From: an uncultured virus (IMG/VR IMGVR_UViG_3300006467_000431)
Taxonomy: Duplodnaviria; Heunggongvirae; Uroviricota; Caudoviricetes
Direction: 5' to 3' (one strand)
Virus record (IMG/VR): IMGVR_UViG_3300006467_000431
Length of the DNA: 64,000 nt
Both the position numbers and the translations under genes were made by a program. A model generated the notes under the pieces. It saw only the letters and a list, made by a program, of their open reading frames with translations. It did no database searches and had not been told where the DNA came from. This document shows, in pieces, positions 46,091 to 56,756 of this stretch. The first letter of the stretch is position 1, and each line of letters begins with the position of its first letter.

Positions 46091-48033
46091 ATGGACCTCT
46101 CACCTGCCGACTTCATCAAGGCCGCCTCGTCCGTCCGCAAGGCCGTCATAGCCCATACGGGGCGCGTACGCAGCGTCGATTCCTGGAAAGGGGTCGCAGC
46201 CTCTCGGCTCGGTCGCTTGAGGCTGTCGAGCGATCTGTGGCTCCGTGTCCTGCGTGCCGGCGAGAAGAACAACCTCTTCGTCATCGACCGCATCAGCTAC
46301 AGCTACCACGTGCTCGTGCCGGTGGAGGACAAGCCGGTGGAGCTCCCCCAGGTGGGGGCGATCTACGACAGCCGCGACATGAGCGTGCTCGTGCGGCGCC
46401 ACGAGGGAGATGTCACCGTCTTCCGGATGCCTGGCGGCGTCGAGAAGCGGGTGCCCCCCGACCGGCTCAACAGCTTCCTGAAGCCCTTCGAGCAGCGCCA
46501 GGGGCGCTACGCCCCTCAGCGGAGGTAGGTAGGCATGGGTCGCATCCACGTCACTCTCGAAGGAAGAAGCTTCGTCGCCTTCGGTAGGCGATGGTGACGA
46601 GGCCCTTCAACTACTTTCTCGGAGCGGAGAGCGCATCATGAACCACAACTTCATCTCGAGGGCCAAGGTCATCCTCTTCGCCGAGGTCTACCACGGGCTC
46701 TACCGGAGCAAGCAGGACGCCTTCAAGGCCGAGCTCGAGGCCGACTACTTGGAAGCCAACAAGCTCTACGCCGAGAAGGTGCATCAGATCTACCGTCCCG
46801 ACAACGGACTGTCCGAGGAAGAGCTGCAGGCCGAGGAGGTGAAGCTTGAGGAGGCAAGGAAGGCTCTTCGGTCCCGGCATCAAATCCACGGCATCGTCGC
46901 CCAGCACTCGATGATCCAGCCCACGGACATCCACATGCATCACTGGGCGGAAGCGGTCCGGCGCATCATCCAGTATGCCCACGGCAAGATGTCGTCGAAG
47001 CAGCTGGTGGTGTCCACCACCGAGCTCTCCGGTGAGCTTGCGTCGCAGCAGGCCGCGCTCCTCGCTGAAGAGCTGGTCCCGTGATGTCTGAGGATGACGG
47101 GGAGAGCACGCGGGTCATCGCCCAGGGGCGGGGCTGGTCCATCGTGCTCGATCCGCACACCCTGTCGCTGCACCTGCAGGTCTCGGGACGTGATGCTGCA
47201 GGTCAGCCTCTCGTGGGTGCCTTCGAGGCCTCTCCCGTCGGTCTGAAGGTGCGGCTCGGCTCCGACTTCATCCACCAGGTCTCCATCCACGGCCCCGAGC
47301 TCCGCAAGGCCGAGGACGACCTGGCCCGTCTTCGTCGGCGCCGTGAGGTGTTCTCGAGGGGCGACAAGGTCACTATCACCGACGGTCCCTACCGTGGGTG
47401 TGAGGCTGAGATCTTGAAGACAGACATGTTCTTCGCAGACCGTTGGTACGTCCGCATCTATGTGCCGGGCCCGACGGGTCGAACCCCTATTGACACCACC
47501 ATCGCCTCTGGTCTCTTCCAGATCAGCGACATCACCGAGGAAGACCCATGATCGACACCGCAAAGCCCGCACCGCCCGTCATCATCATCGTCGATACGAC
47601 CGAGTACACCGGCAACTTCGAGCGACAGCTCGTCGCATGGATGACCGGTCAGGTCGGCGAGTGCGGCGTGGGGAGCAACCTGCTCGACCGGGCACGCTCG
47701 GGCATGAGCAAGAAGCTGAGGGCGTTCTGCGACTATTCCATCGTTCGGATGCCCGACGATTCGGAGTACCCGTGCCATCGCCCTGCCTCGATCTGGCCGG
47801 ATCCGACGACAGGGGACTACACCTCGGTGGCGACTTTCTTCAACAAGGAGCTGCCGGAAGACCTGCGTGACGAACTCTCGGACCGCGCTCACTTCTTCGG
47901 CGAGCAATACCACCGAGACGGTGAGCTCGGCGATCTCTACATGGCGACGTTTCGAGAAAAGCCGCTCTGTATCAAGGGTGTGCGGACGATCCTTCCCAAG
48001 AAGGCATCCCTGATCTCGGATGTGCTGTCTTGA
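46091..48033 (+). other. Four hypothetical genes (46091-46528, 46638-47084, 47081-47551 with a C-terminal KOW-like motif, 47548-48033)
   Basis: SD motifs and overlaps; GDKVTITDGPYRGCEAEI is KOW-like. Confidence 0.65.
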
Positions 48034-48037
48034 ATCC

Positions 48038-48066
48038 TTGCCACGCTCCGTGTCACGAGGTAGGCT
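48038..48066 (+). promoter_or_regulatory. Promoter with palindromic operator variant
   Basis: TTGCCA-CGCTCCGTGTCACGAGG(17)-TAGGCT. Confidence 0.8.
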
Positions 48067-48085
48067 GATTCGAGGAGAAGGCCCG

Positions 48086-48619
48086 ATGAACGTCTACGCC
48101 CTGATGTCCAACGTCTACGACAATGCCCACCCTGGTTCGAAGAAGAGCTGGAGAAAGCTCAACCAGACCCTTCGAGAAGCGCTGTCGCTGGCGATTCGGT
48201 CCGAGATGCAGTTCGAGAAGGACGAAATCGAACGCATCTTCAACGACCTCGGCGGTGCTCACTGGTTCGGTGACGACGAGTGGGTCTTGGGGAAGGCCTG
48301 CATCTTGGGCAATGCCAGTGCTGCTCGCTCCTTCCTGGCCTGGAAGGGTCGCAAGCGCTTCGTCTGGCCGAAGTGCGATGAGCCCAGAAGTCGGGCCGTC
48401 AGCAGGCTCAACCTTCTCTACGTCGATCGGGAGTTCCCCTGGAACGGGGAGACGGTCAGCGTCACGTCGTTCAACGACGAGGATGGAACGCTGACGGCCT
48501 GCAGCTACACGGGTGGAAAGCGCTTCACCCACACCTCGAAGATCAAGCACCGCTACACCATCACCCCCGCAGACCTCAAGGTGGCTTGCGCAGAGCTCGA
48601 GGCAGCGAAGGTCGCATGA
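48086..48619 (+). CDS. Hypothetical protein
   Basis: GAGGAG SD after promoter. Confidence 0.7.
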   Translation: MNVYALMSNVYDNAHPGSKKSWRKLNQTLREALSLAIRSEMQFEKDEIERIFNDLGGAHWFGDDEWVLGKACILGNASAARSFLAWKGRKRFVWPKCDEPRSRAVSRLNLLYVDREFPWNGETVSVTSFNDEDGTLTACSYTGGKRFTHTSKIKHRYTITPADLKVACAELEAAKVA

Positions 48620-48807
48620 ACAGGCTCACCGAAGACGAGAAGGCCCAGAAGATGCGCCGGTGGTACGTCGAGATCACCGGTGTGTGGAGCTTCATGGAGG
48701 ATATTGGCGTTCATCCCTACGATCCGAACGATGAACTTGCGTCTGCCTTCGACCTGTGGATCGAGAAACAGTTCAAGTCGGGTCGTGTTCCGGAGCACTT
48801 TCGATGA
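48616..48807 (+). CDS. Small hypothetical protein, paralog of 30174-30365
   Basis: TEDEKAQKMRRW...WSFMEDIGV...ELASAFDLWIE. Confidence 0.75.
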   Translation: MNRLTEDEKAQKMRRWYVEITGVWSFMEDIGVHPYDPNDELASAFDLWIEKQFKSGRVPEHFR

Positions 48808-50717
48808 ACGGTCCCTACGACGGCCAGCTTCGCGAGTACGTGTTCGGACACCGCAGTGGCCACACCAAGACCTTCCGTGTGAAGGCGACGTCGATCGACA
48901 AGGCCATCCGAGCCTTCCGAGTCGGGGCGATGTACCCGCACCAGTACAGCACCAAGCCTATCCCGACAAGCTACGGAGACAGCTACGACGACAAGGTCTA
49001 CATGGCCTCTGGACCGGGTGCGATGGTTCCGGTGCACGTGGTGGTGAAGAACGAGCTGGAGCATGTGGCGGACATCGAGCCAGATGATTCAGAGGACGTG
49101 TTCGGCCCGGCCCTGCTCGAGGCCCAGAAGGTGCTGCAGATCGCTTCCGCGGCCTCTGGCCTGGAGGCCTCCGGCGAGAGCACGGCCTTGGCTGTTGCGG
49201 GACAGCAGACGGGGATGTCCAACGCCCCTCGGCGTGAGCTCGAAGAGCAGGCGTTGTCGTTGCAGCGGAAGATGGCCGAGCTCGAGGCGATGAAGCGCGA
49301 GCTCGCCCAGCAGGTGGCAGAGATGAACCTGGAGCTGCGGCGCCGGATGGAGCAGATCTGGATGATCGAGCTCTTCGTTGGCTCCAAGGAAGAGGTCAAG
49401 TGCTTGCGGGAAGGCCAGCCCGCTCCGGCCGATACGAAGATCAGCGTGCGACAGAAGGTCCTGTGCATGGACGAGGAGATCGCCGTCCATGACTGGCTGC
49501 ACAACCCGGACCGCATCGGCCAGTTCGACTACCAAAACCTCGATGATTTCGATGCGTGGCTCCTGGCTGACCCAGCCCACCTGCACACCATCTTCCCTCA
49601 TGAGAAGGGCATTGTCGGGCTCAGGGTGCGTCGAGGGAAGAAGGAGCGTGGAGCGGCCCAGGGCTACCACGGTGTCTCGGGCCTCTTCAAGGCCGTGGAA
49701 GAGCAGCAGTGGGACGAGATGACCTACCTGCTGGTGCGCAACGGCGACAACCTCTACCGGCTCTGGGTCGACGTCAACATGTGGCCGCGATTGTTCTCAT
49801 CGGACGAGGACTTCAAGGAGAGGATGTACGACCACAGGTCTGGGAAAGATGTGGATCAACCCATCCAGTCGCGCAAGCTGGAGGCCGTTCAGAAGAAGTT
49901 CTTTGCCGGCACTCTCGTGGTGCAGGGGCTCCTCGAGCGTTCCGACCTGTTCCATCCCCTCCCGGTTCCAGGGCTGTCCATCGTGGATCCGAGCCACGCC
50001 GAGTACTTCGAGTTCGTCCGAGACGGTGAGAACCGACGAATGCTGGCTGACCCCGACAATCCCTTCGGCCACATCACCTGGCCGAAGTACTACAAGTGGC
50101 TGAAGTCCCAACTTCGTCCGGGCGTTCGCGTGATGTACACCGGTCCACGATACTTCCGTGACAAACGGTACGATTCCATGGAGAGTCGCACGGGCCGGAA
50201 GTCGGTGTGGGCGGCTCCGACTCACACGGGCATCTACACGCTGGTGGAGGGAGATCCGGACAGCGTTCGAGGTCCACAGTGCGGCGAACACGAGTTCTTC
50301 TACTTCCCGAGCGACCGCTACAAGAATCGGGTTCGTTGGGGCGCCTTCAACGATGAGCTGATTCCGGTGGACATGGTCTCGTGGCGAGTCCTCGAGTACA
50401 TGATCCACGACCGCAACCACCGGCACCTCTACGGCTCGTTTTTCCTGAAGGCCTTCCACTGGTGGAAGCAGTTCAAGGCCCAGACGGAGCTCGAGAGGCC
50501 GTTTGTGGACCTCGTCCTGGCCCAGGCCGGTAAGACCCCCACCGAGGCCAACCGAGCCCATGTCGAGCGCCTGGTGCGGTGGTGGAAGATGAAGACGAAG
50601 ACGCACCGGACTCTTGGTGAAGATGAGGCGAAGGCGCTTCGCATGATCCGACGCGCCTTCGAACGTGGTGACGACCACGACAATGACCCCGAAAAGCTTA
50701 TTTTCGTGGGTATGTAG
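48804..50717 (+). CDS. Large hypothetical phage protein with central coiled coil
   Basis: 637 aa; heptad region then RQKVLCMDEE...FDAWL...YLLVRNGDNLYR. Confidence 0.85.
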   Translation: MNGPYDGQLREYVFGHRSGHTKTFRVKATSIDKAIRAFRVGAMYPHQYSTKPIPTSYGDSYDDKVYMASGPGAMVPVHVVVKNELEHVADIEPDDSEDVFGPALLEAQKVLQIASAASGLEASGESTALAVAGQQTGMSNAPRRELEEQALSLQRKMAELEAMKRELAQQVAEMNLELRRRMEQIWMIELFVGSKEEVKCLREGQPAPADTKISVRQKVLCMDEEIAVHDWLHNPDRIGQFDYQNLDDFDAWLLADPAHLHTIFPHEKGIVGLRVRRGKKERGAAQGYHGVSGLFKAVEEQQWDEMTYLLVRNGDNLYRLWVDVNMWPRLFSSDEDFKERMYDHRSGKDVDQPIQSRKLEAVQKKFFAGTLVVQGLLERSDLFHPLPVPGLSIVDPSHAEYFEFVRDGENRRMLADPDNPFGHITWPKYYKWLKSQLRPGVRVMYTGPRYFRDKRYDSMESRTGRKSVWAAPTHTGIYTLVEGDPDSVRGPQCGEHEFFYFPSDRYKNRVRWGAFNDELIPVDMVSWRVLEYMIHDRNHRHLYGSFFLKAFHWWKQFKAQTELERPFVDLVLAQAGKTPTEANRAHVERLVRWWKMKTKTHRTLGEDEAKALRMIRRAFERGDDHDNDPEKLIFVGM

Positions 50718-50751
50718 TCAGTCTGTTTCTCTGGTTTTCGAGGAGGTTCCC

Positions 50752-51288
50752 ATGCACCCCAGGTTTCGTTTCTCCAAGTCGGGAGAGGTCGATGTCCAAG
50801 ACAAGGTGGAGTGGCGCCACCTCTGCACCCTGAGCGGTACCGCGAAGAAGTGGACCATCGAGCTCCCCGAGGAGACGATGGGGCCCTACCGGACGCGTCA
50901 GATGGCGGCCGTAGCCTTCGCCGACCGCTTCTTCACGAAGCCGTGGAAGGAGGAGAACCGCCAGATCATGGCGTGGTGGCAGACGCAGCCTCACCACAGG
51001 GGCAAGATCACCGGACACCTCGCTGGCGACATCTTCGACATCCTGGTGGAGGAGTGCGGCGCCTTCCAGGAGGACCGGCCTCCCTTCGTGCACAACCACA
51101 CGACCGCTGCGCGCATCAGCACCGAGTTCCGCTTCTCTGGCCACATCGGGTTCGGCGGCAAGTTCCGGAACCACTCGGGGTGGTGGGTCGATTGCTACCC
51201 CGAGGAGGAGGACTACGACAACATGCGGTCCATCCTGGCGGCGAACCAGAGGCTCAAGGCTTTGTGGATCAACACCTACGGCTCCTGA
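50752..51288 (+). CDS. Hypothetical protein
   Basis: GAGGAGG SD; EFRFSGHIGFGGKFR motif. Confidence 0.7.
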   Translation: MHPRFRFSKSGEVDVQDKVEWRHLCTLSGTAKKWTIELPEETMGPYRTRQMAAVAFADRFFTKPWKEENRQIMAWWQTQPHHRGKITGHLAGDIFDILVEECGAFQEDRPPFVHNHTTAARISTEFRFSGHIGFGGKFRNHSGWWVDCYPEEEDYDNMRSILAANQRLKALWINTYGS

Positions 51289-52095
51289 ATCTCCTGGTGT
51301 CCCTTGTCGGTCAGTCCGAGGGTGTGCCATCGCCCCTTCTTGAGGTAGCCCTCTCGGATCAAGCGCGGCATCGTGCGCTCGACGTACCCGAAGTTGAAGG
51401 ACCCTCGTCCATGGTAGCCCGTCCCATGCCGGGCGAGCTCGAGGTCCCAGAGCTGTCTCTGGCTGGCCCCCCCGTCACGCACCTTGACGGCCTTCAGGAG
51501 GAGCTGGATGCGGGGGTCGGATGGATCGATAGAGGCTGCCATCAGCTGTCGCCCTGGTCGCCGTCATCCAGGCTGTCGCTGTCCGGCTTCTTGAAGACGA
51601 TGCGCCAGATCTTCTCTCTCTGCTTGTCGAGAGACTTCAGCTTCTTGGTGCGGAGCTTGTCGGCAGCCTGGACAGCTTCCTCCCACGTGTGGAAGGCGTC
51701 GCGTCCGATCTTGTAGATGCTGGAGATTCCAGAAGAAAAGCTTCGGTCTGTCGGCATGACGTAGCCACTTCGCATGGCCTCTCGAACATCAAGCACCAGA
51801 ATGCCCCGACTCAACGCGTACTTCGTGATGTAGACCTTCATTGCTACGTCCTCAGAAAGGGCATGCTGATAGACATGAGCTCACTTGTCACCATGACCAT
51901 GGGATTCTTTCCGTTCTCGAGCAGGTGCTGGATCATTGGAACGTCCATGTCGTTCCATGGGTCGAGACGACGACGTGATGGTCCAGAGACCGTGTCCGGC
52001 ATGCGGTCCCATTCCTCGCGTTCTTGTGGGCTCATACCCAAGATCGCTTGCTTCATCTCTTCCATGGTCTTCACGCTGGGGATCATGTGAGGCAT
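51276..52095 (-). other. Three small minus-strand genes (51276-51542 winged-helix-like, 51542-51841, 51844-52095)
   Basis: Coupled ORFs; weak divergent promoter TTGACA-N17-TAGGAG at 52111-52139. Confidence 0.6.
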
Positions 52096-52155
52096 CTCTA
52101 TTGTTGAGATCTCCTACTTCATGCTACGCACTGTGTCAAAGTGCCGACGAATTTA

Positions 52156-52184
52156 TTGACACGCTCCGTGTCATCGGCTATCCT
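52156..52184 (+). promoter_or_regulatory. Promoter with GACACG-N3-CGTGTC palindrome
   Basis: TTGACA-CGCTCCGTGTCATCGGC(17)-TATCCT. Confidence 0.85.
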
Positions 52185-52208
52185 CGAGCATCCAGAGGGA
52201 GGCGCATC

Positions 52209-53831
52209 GTGACGATCACCAGCATCGACCTGTTTGCAGGGGGAGGGGGTGCCAGCAAGGGCATCGAGCTCGCCACCGGCAAGTCTCCCGTCATCGCCGT
52301 CAACCACGACGACGAGGCGCTCAAGATGCATGCGGCCAATCATCCGGGCACGATGCACCTCTGTGAGAACGTCCTGGACGTGGATCCGATCGCTCCAAAT
52401 GGCCGGTTGGACCTGCTATGGGCCTCTCCGGACTGTACTTTTTTCAGCAGGGCCCGTGGCGGTAAGCCGATGAAGAAGGAGATCCGGGCTCTCCCCAATG
52501 TCGTCATCACCTGGGCCCGCTACGCCCAGCCGTCGGTGATCTGCATGGAGAACGTCAAGGAGATCCAGGACTGGGGCCCCCTGTACCCGAGCGACCACCC
52601 CGACCCCAAGAAGCGCGACCGGCCGATCCCCGAGCGGCGCAGTGAGGACTGGAAGAAGTTCATCCGCGCACTCCGCGACTGCGGCTACGACGTCGAGTGG
52701 CGCGTGCTCTGTGCAGCCGACTACGGTGCTCCGACGACGCGCGATCGCCTCTTCCTCATCGCACGCTCCGATGGACAGTCCATCGTCTGGCCCGAGCCGA
52801 CCCATGGCCCGGGACGCCCGATGCCCCACCTGCCGGCCGCTGGTTGCATCGACTGGGACATCCCGTGCCCCTCCATCTTCATGAGCCCCACCGAGGCCAA
52901 GCAGTGGGCGGCTGATCGACGCAAGGCCACCGGTCAGCGCATCGGGACCCCTCGCCGGCCGCTCAAGCCCAAGACCATGGCGCGCATCGCCGAGGGCATG
53001 CGTCGCTATGTGCTCGAGAGCAGCAACCCCTTCCTCCTCAACCTCACCCATGGCGGGCGCCTCGAGCCTCTCCACGACCCGTTCAAGACGATCACCGGCG
53101 CCAACCGGGGAGAGAAGGCGCTCATCACCCCCTACTTCGCAACCCTCGACCACCAGAGCAGCAGCGATCGCAGCTGCGTGATGCCTCCTGACGACCCGCT
53201 GTCGACCATCACCAGCAAGAACCGCCACATGCTGCTCACGCCGATGCTCATCCAGACGCGCAACGGTGAGCGTCCGGGCCAGACGCCTCGGACTCTGGAC
53301 ATCCGCAAGCCCCTGAACACCATCACCTCTCAGGGAAGTCAGGGGGCCCTCGTCACGGCCCTGCTGCAGTCCACCCACAGCAACCCGGTCTACCGCAGCC
53401 CTCGGGACCCCCTGGCGACCATCACGGCGTCCGCAGGAGGCCACCAGAGCCTCATCAGTGCCTTCCTGGTCAAGTACTACGGTCAGGGGGTGGGGCAGTC
53501 CATCGCCGACCCGCTGCACACCATCACGAACCGGGCACGCTTCGGAATGGTGCAGGCCTTCCTCACCGAGCTCGTCGGTGCCTCGAACGGCCTCATCACG
53601 ACGACCATTGCAGGCACCGAGTACGTCGTCGCCGACATTGGGATGCGGATGCTGACGCCGAGGGAGCTCGCGAGGGCTCAGGGCTTCCCGGACGACTACA
53701 TCTTGACGGGGAACAAGTCGACGCAGATCGCCAAGATCGGAAACTCCGTGCCGCCTCCCGTCGTCGAGGCCATCGTGCGGGCCCAGTTCAGGGCCGACCC
53801 GCACCAGATCAAGCTCCAGGCCGTCGCGTAG
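52209..53831 (+). CDS. C5 cytosine DNA methyltransferase (long phage type with repeated PLxTIT segments)
   Basis: IDLFAGGGG, ASPDC, MENV, YGAPTTRDRLF, RELARAQGFP, IGNSVPP. Confidence 0.95.
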   Translation: MTITSIDLFAGGGGASKGIELATGKSPVIAVNHDDEALKMHAANHPGTMHLCENVLDVDPIAPNGRLDLLWASPDCTFFSRARGGKPMKKEIRALPNVVITWARYAQPSVICMENVKEIQDWGPLYPSDHPDPKKRDRPIPERRSEDWKKFIRALRDCGYDVEWRVLCAADYGAPTTRDRLFLIARSDGQSIVWPEPTHGPGRPMPHLPAAGCIDWDIPCPSIFMSPTEAKQWAADRRKATGQRIGTPRRPLKPKTMARIAEGMRRYVLESSNPFLLNLTHGGRLEPLHDPFKTITGANRGEKALITPYFATLDHQSSSDRSCVMPPDDPLSTITSKNRHMLLTPMLIQTRNGERPGQTPRTLDIRKPLNTITSQGSQGALVTALLQSTHSNPVYRSPRDPLATITASAGGHQSLISAFLVKYYGQGVGQSIADPLHTITNRARFGMVQAFLTELVGASNGLITTTIAGTEYVVADIGMRMLTPRELARAQGFPDDYILTGNKSTQIAKIGNSVPPPVVEAIVRAQFRADPHQIKLQAVA

Positions 53832-53860
53832 CTCGACGCCTTCAAGAAGAGGAACCGTCC

Positions 53861-54972
53861 ATGACCGACGACAACACCGACAACTCGACCTTCACCTTTC
53901 GCGCCGAGAAGCACGGAGACTACACCGTTGTGGCCTACCAGGGAGAGAAACCCTACGCCTACTCTGAGACAGGAGTGTTCTGGTATGACTCCAATGGGAC
54001 GCAGTTGAGTGGCGCGAATGACAAGAAGATCTGCCACGAGTACAGGCTGGCCGGGAGACCTCGTCATGGAGTCAACCACACCCTGCTGACGATCATCGTG
54101 TTCATGATGCTGTTGTCTGGGCTCTCCTCGCTGCTGCTCCTCATCAGCATCCTCACGAGGGGTGGCTGAATGTTCTCTGATCCCCTGATGATGGTGAAGC
54201 TGGCCACGCTGGCGATCTTCATCGCCCACTTCGGCCTGATCTTCGCCCTCCTCTACCACCTGTACCTCGAGCAGCAGCAAACCAGGATGTGGCGGATGCG
54301 TGCCCGGTGGATCTGCTACGCCAACACCGTCGGTCGTGGCTTCGAGCCTTACGCAGGCATGAACCCCAAGACGTACTGGCGCAAGGTGGACGAAAAGGCA
54401 GTCGTTCTGGAGAACAACCCGCAGCTGTTGGATGCAGATGCAACATCCTCGACATCCAAGGAGTCCCCATGAGCCTCACCCGATCCATCTGCAGCCGCCT
54501 CGGCATCGACGACCAGCCCCTTGTGATGACGCCCATGATGTGCCGGCGCGTCACCAAGAACCGAGGAGTGGTTGACGAGCTCCACGTCGCCTACCTCGTC
54601 ATCCGCAACGACCGGACAGTGCTCGAGGTCTACCCCGGCGTGACGGGCCACGAGTCCTTCTACATGATGGACGCGACCTCGAGGCTCAACGAGTCCGAGC
54701 GGGCCTTCGTCCCCGAGCCCGGCATCTTCGGTCCGACCCGGTGGGAAGATCAACCCTGGAGCCTGTGCGCCGGCAGCAACGTCTACGACGAGCTGTCGGT
54801 CGCCAAGGGCGAGCTCCGCCAGGCCATCACACGGCTGCTCAAGATCCGCAACGGCCGTGGGGCGGTGCTGGCCCACTGCGTCGTGCCGCAGCCGGACGCT
54901 GGGTCCGACTCCGAACCGGATTCCGAGCAGAGCCTCGTTCCAGACACCCAGGACAACGGCATCACCCCGTGA
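53861..54972 (+). other. Three hypothetical genes (53861-54169 and 54170-54472 membrane-anchored; 54469-54972)
   Basis: Abutting or overlapping ORFs with SD motifs. Confidence 0.6.
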
Positions 54973-55661
54973 GCGGGTATCCACGTCCAGAACGTCCTCT
55001 CTGGACCACCTGCTGGCCCAAGGTCGACCCACGCATCCTTGAGCTGATGACAGCTCTCGAGATGCCCTACAAGGTGACGCCAGTGCGCAGGCGCCGAGGG
55101 GTCGTCGTGTTCGTCCCCCGGCTCTACCAGTTCGGCTCGCAGCCCGACTACCAGGTCTGGAGCGGCGACACCTTGCTGTTCGACCCGCCTTCGACGGACG
55201 GGTACGACCTGCTGCACGAAGTGGCGCACCACATCGAGTGTCGTGCGAAGCATCCAGAGCTCATGGGTCGACGCAACTGGGGCATCAGCCCACTCTACGA
55301 CGAGCCAAACCCTGGCAATGAGGACGTTCCTGAGGAGGAAGGGGACTTGCTGGAGACCTTCTCTCCCACCAAGGAAGAGGAAGACCGGGAGCTGACGGCC
55401 TGCTACATCGAGCTCGCCTTCCATGTGCTATGGGAGACGGGTCTGTGGAAGGAGCGTGCTGTCGATCTAAACCTGTTCGACCCTCCCATGCTGGTCGGGA
55501 CCGAGCGCCTCGACACTGATGAGCCAGAGAATCTCGAGGAGTGGAAGCAGATCTTGCTGCAGCGGACCCTTCCCTACATGCGGGAGGCAGACGTTCCAGA
55601 GCACTTGATGCGTGTTGCGTCAGATGAGCACACAAAGATGCTTTCGGCTTCATCCTCCTAG
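54969..55661 (+). CDS. Zincin-like (HExxH) protein
   Basis: LLHEVAHH followed by a downstream Glu; GTGA overlap. Confidence 0.55.
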   Translation: MSGYPRPERPLWTTCWPKVDPRILELMTALEMPYKVTPVRRRRGVVVFVPRLYQFGSQPDYQVWSGDTLLFDPPSTDGYDLLHEVAHHIECRAKHPELMGRRNWGISPLYDEPNPGNEDVPEEEGDLLETFSPTKEEEDRELTACYIELAFHVLWETGLWKERAVDLNLFDPPMLVGTERLDTDEPENLEEWKQILLQRTLPYMREADVPEHLMRVASDEHTKMLSASSS

Positions 55662-55736
55662 GCCAGGTAGGATAGGACCGAGACATAGTGCTCTCTTCCT
55701 GATAGGATCCCTCACCCCCTCTCACAGGAAGAAGAC

Positions 55737-56486
55737 ATGAAGGGATCCAACGACTACCTCGACCTGAACTCCTTCATCCACAGCGAGCTCGCCTTCCGAT
55801 GGGGGCAAGTCGACTGGAACGGCACGACCCTCGTGAAGACGGGTGGCTTGGCTCAGACCTATGTCTCCACCGATGATGGAGCTGTACTCTCCGGCACCGG
55901 ATATGGCAGCGGCCCGGTGATCTCTGCCGATGCAACGGGTGGAAATGGCTATGCCTACATCACGGGGTCGGGCAGCGTCAACGTTTCACCATCGCCTACG
56001 GGTGGTATTCTTGCCTCTCACACCTTCTCGATCGATGTCGAGTCCGATCTGTCGACCATTCGGATCTTCAGCGGGATTTCGAGCGCAGGCGATGAGTCGC
56101 TGGTCACGACGGACGACTTCGCTGTCGATGCAGCTGGGTTCAACTACAGCGTCCCGGCGGGTCACACGACTTTCCAGTTTGTCTTCTCGACATCTGGAGA
56201 CGGGCCGGTCTTCTTCGACACGGGTGTGGCCTTCCAGACGGGCGTGATCTATCACACCCAGATCTACTCGGTGGGCGATGGCCTGTGGCGTGTGCGCCTG
56301 TACAACTGGACGACGGGAGAGCTCCTCTGGGCGGCTGAGTACAACCCAGCCAACCTCTTCGACCCCTACGACTCGACGGTGCCTCTGCCGCTCTACCAGG
56401 GAGTGGGCGTTACGGCCAACGTGGCCGGGATGCGTCATCTCTATTCGAAGATTGGTGTCCGGGCCTTGATGTACGGAAACTTCTAG
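55737..56486 (+). CDS. Beta-rich hypothetical protein, possibly virion structural
   Basis: Gly/Ser/Thr-rich beta composition next to the structural-like cluster. Confidence 0.6.
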   Translation: MKGSNDYLDLNSFIHSELAFRWGQVDWNGTTLVKTGGLAQTYVSTDDGAVLSGTGYGSGPVISADATGGNGYAYITGSGSVNVSPSPTGGILASHTFSIDVESDLSTIRIFSGISSAGDESLVTTDDFAVDAAGFNYSVPAGHTTFQFVFSTSGDGPVFFDTGVAFQTGVIYHTQIYSVGDGLWRVRLYNWTTGELLWAAEYNPANLFDPYDSTVPLPLYQGVGVTANVAGMRHLYSKIGVRALMYGNF

Positions 56487-56500
56487 GACCCCCTTGATCC

Positions 56501-56755
56501 TCAGTCTCCGTCAAGCCAGAAGGGGCCGAGGGTTAGGTCGGCGCCCTGGAGGATGAGGTCTCTCCGTAGCTCCTCTCCCTGCACGATAGCCCCGCCTGGA
56601 ATCGTTGCATCGTGAACCACCGAGGCCCACATCGTGTAGGTGTTCGCAGGGGTCTGGATATCGTGCACAACTGAGGCAAACATCGTGGTGATGTTCACTG
56701 GAGCTTGAGCGTCGTGCACGACCGACGTGAACATGGTGTAGCCATCGATGGCCAT
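56501..56755 (-). CDS. Small protein with three 17-aa repeats
   Basis: TMFTSVVHD / TMFASVVHD / TMWASVVHD. Confidence 0.7.
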   Translation of the reverse strand: MAIDGYTMFTSVVHDAQAPVNITTMFASVVHDIQTPANTYTMWASVVHDATIPGGAIVQGEELRRDLILQGADLTLGPFWLDGD

Positions 56756-56756
56756 G

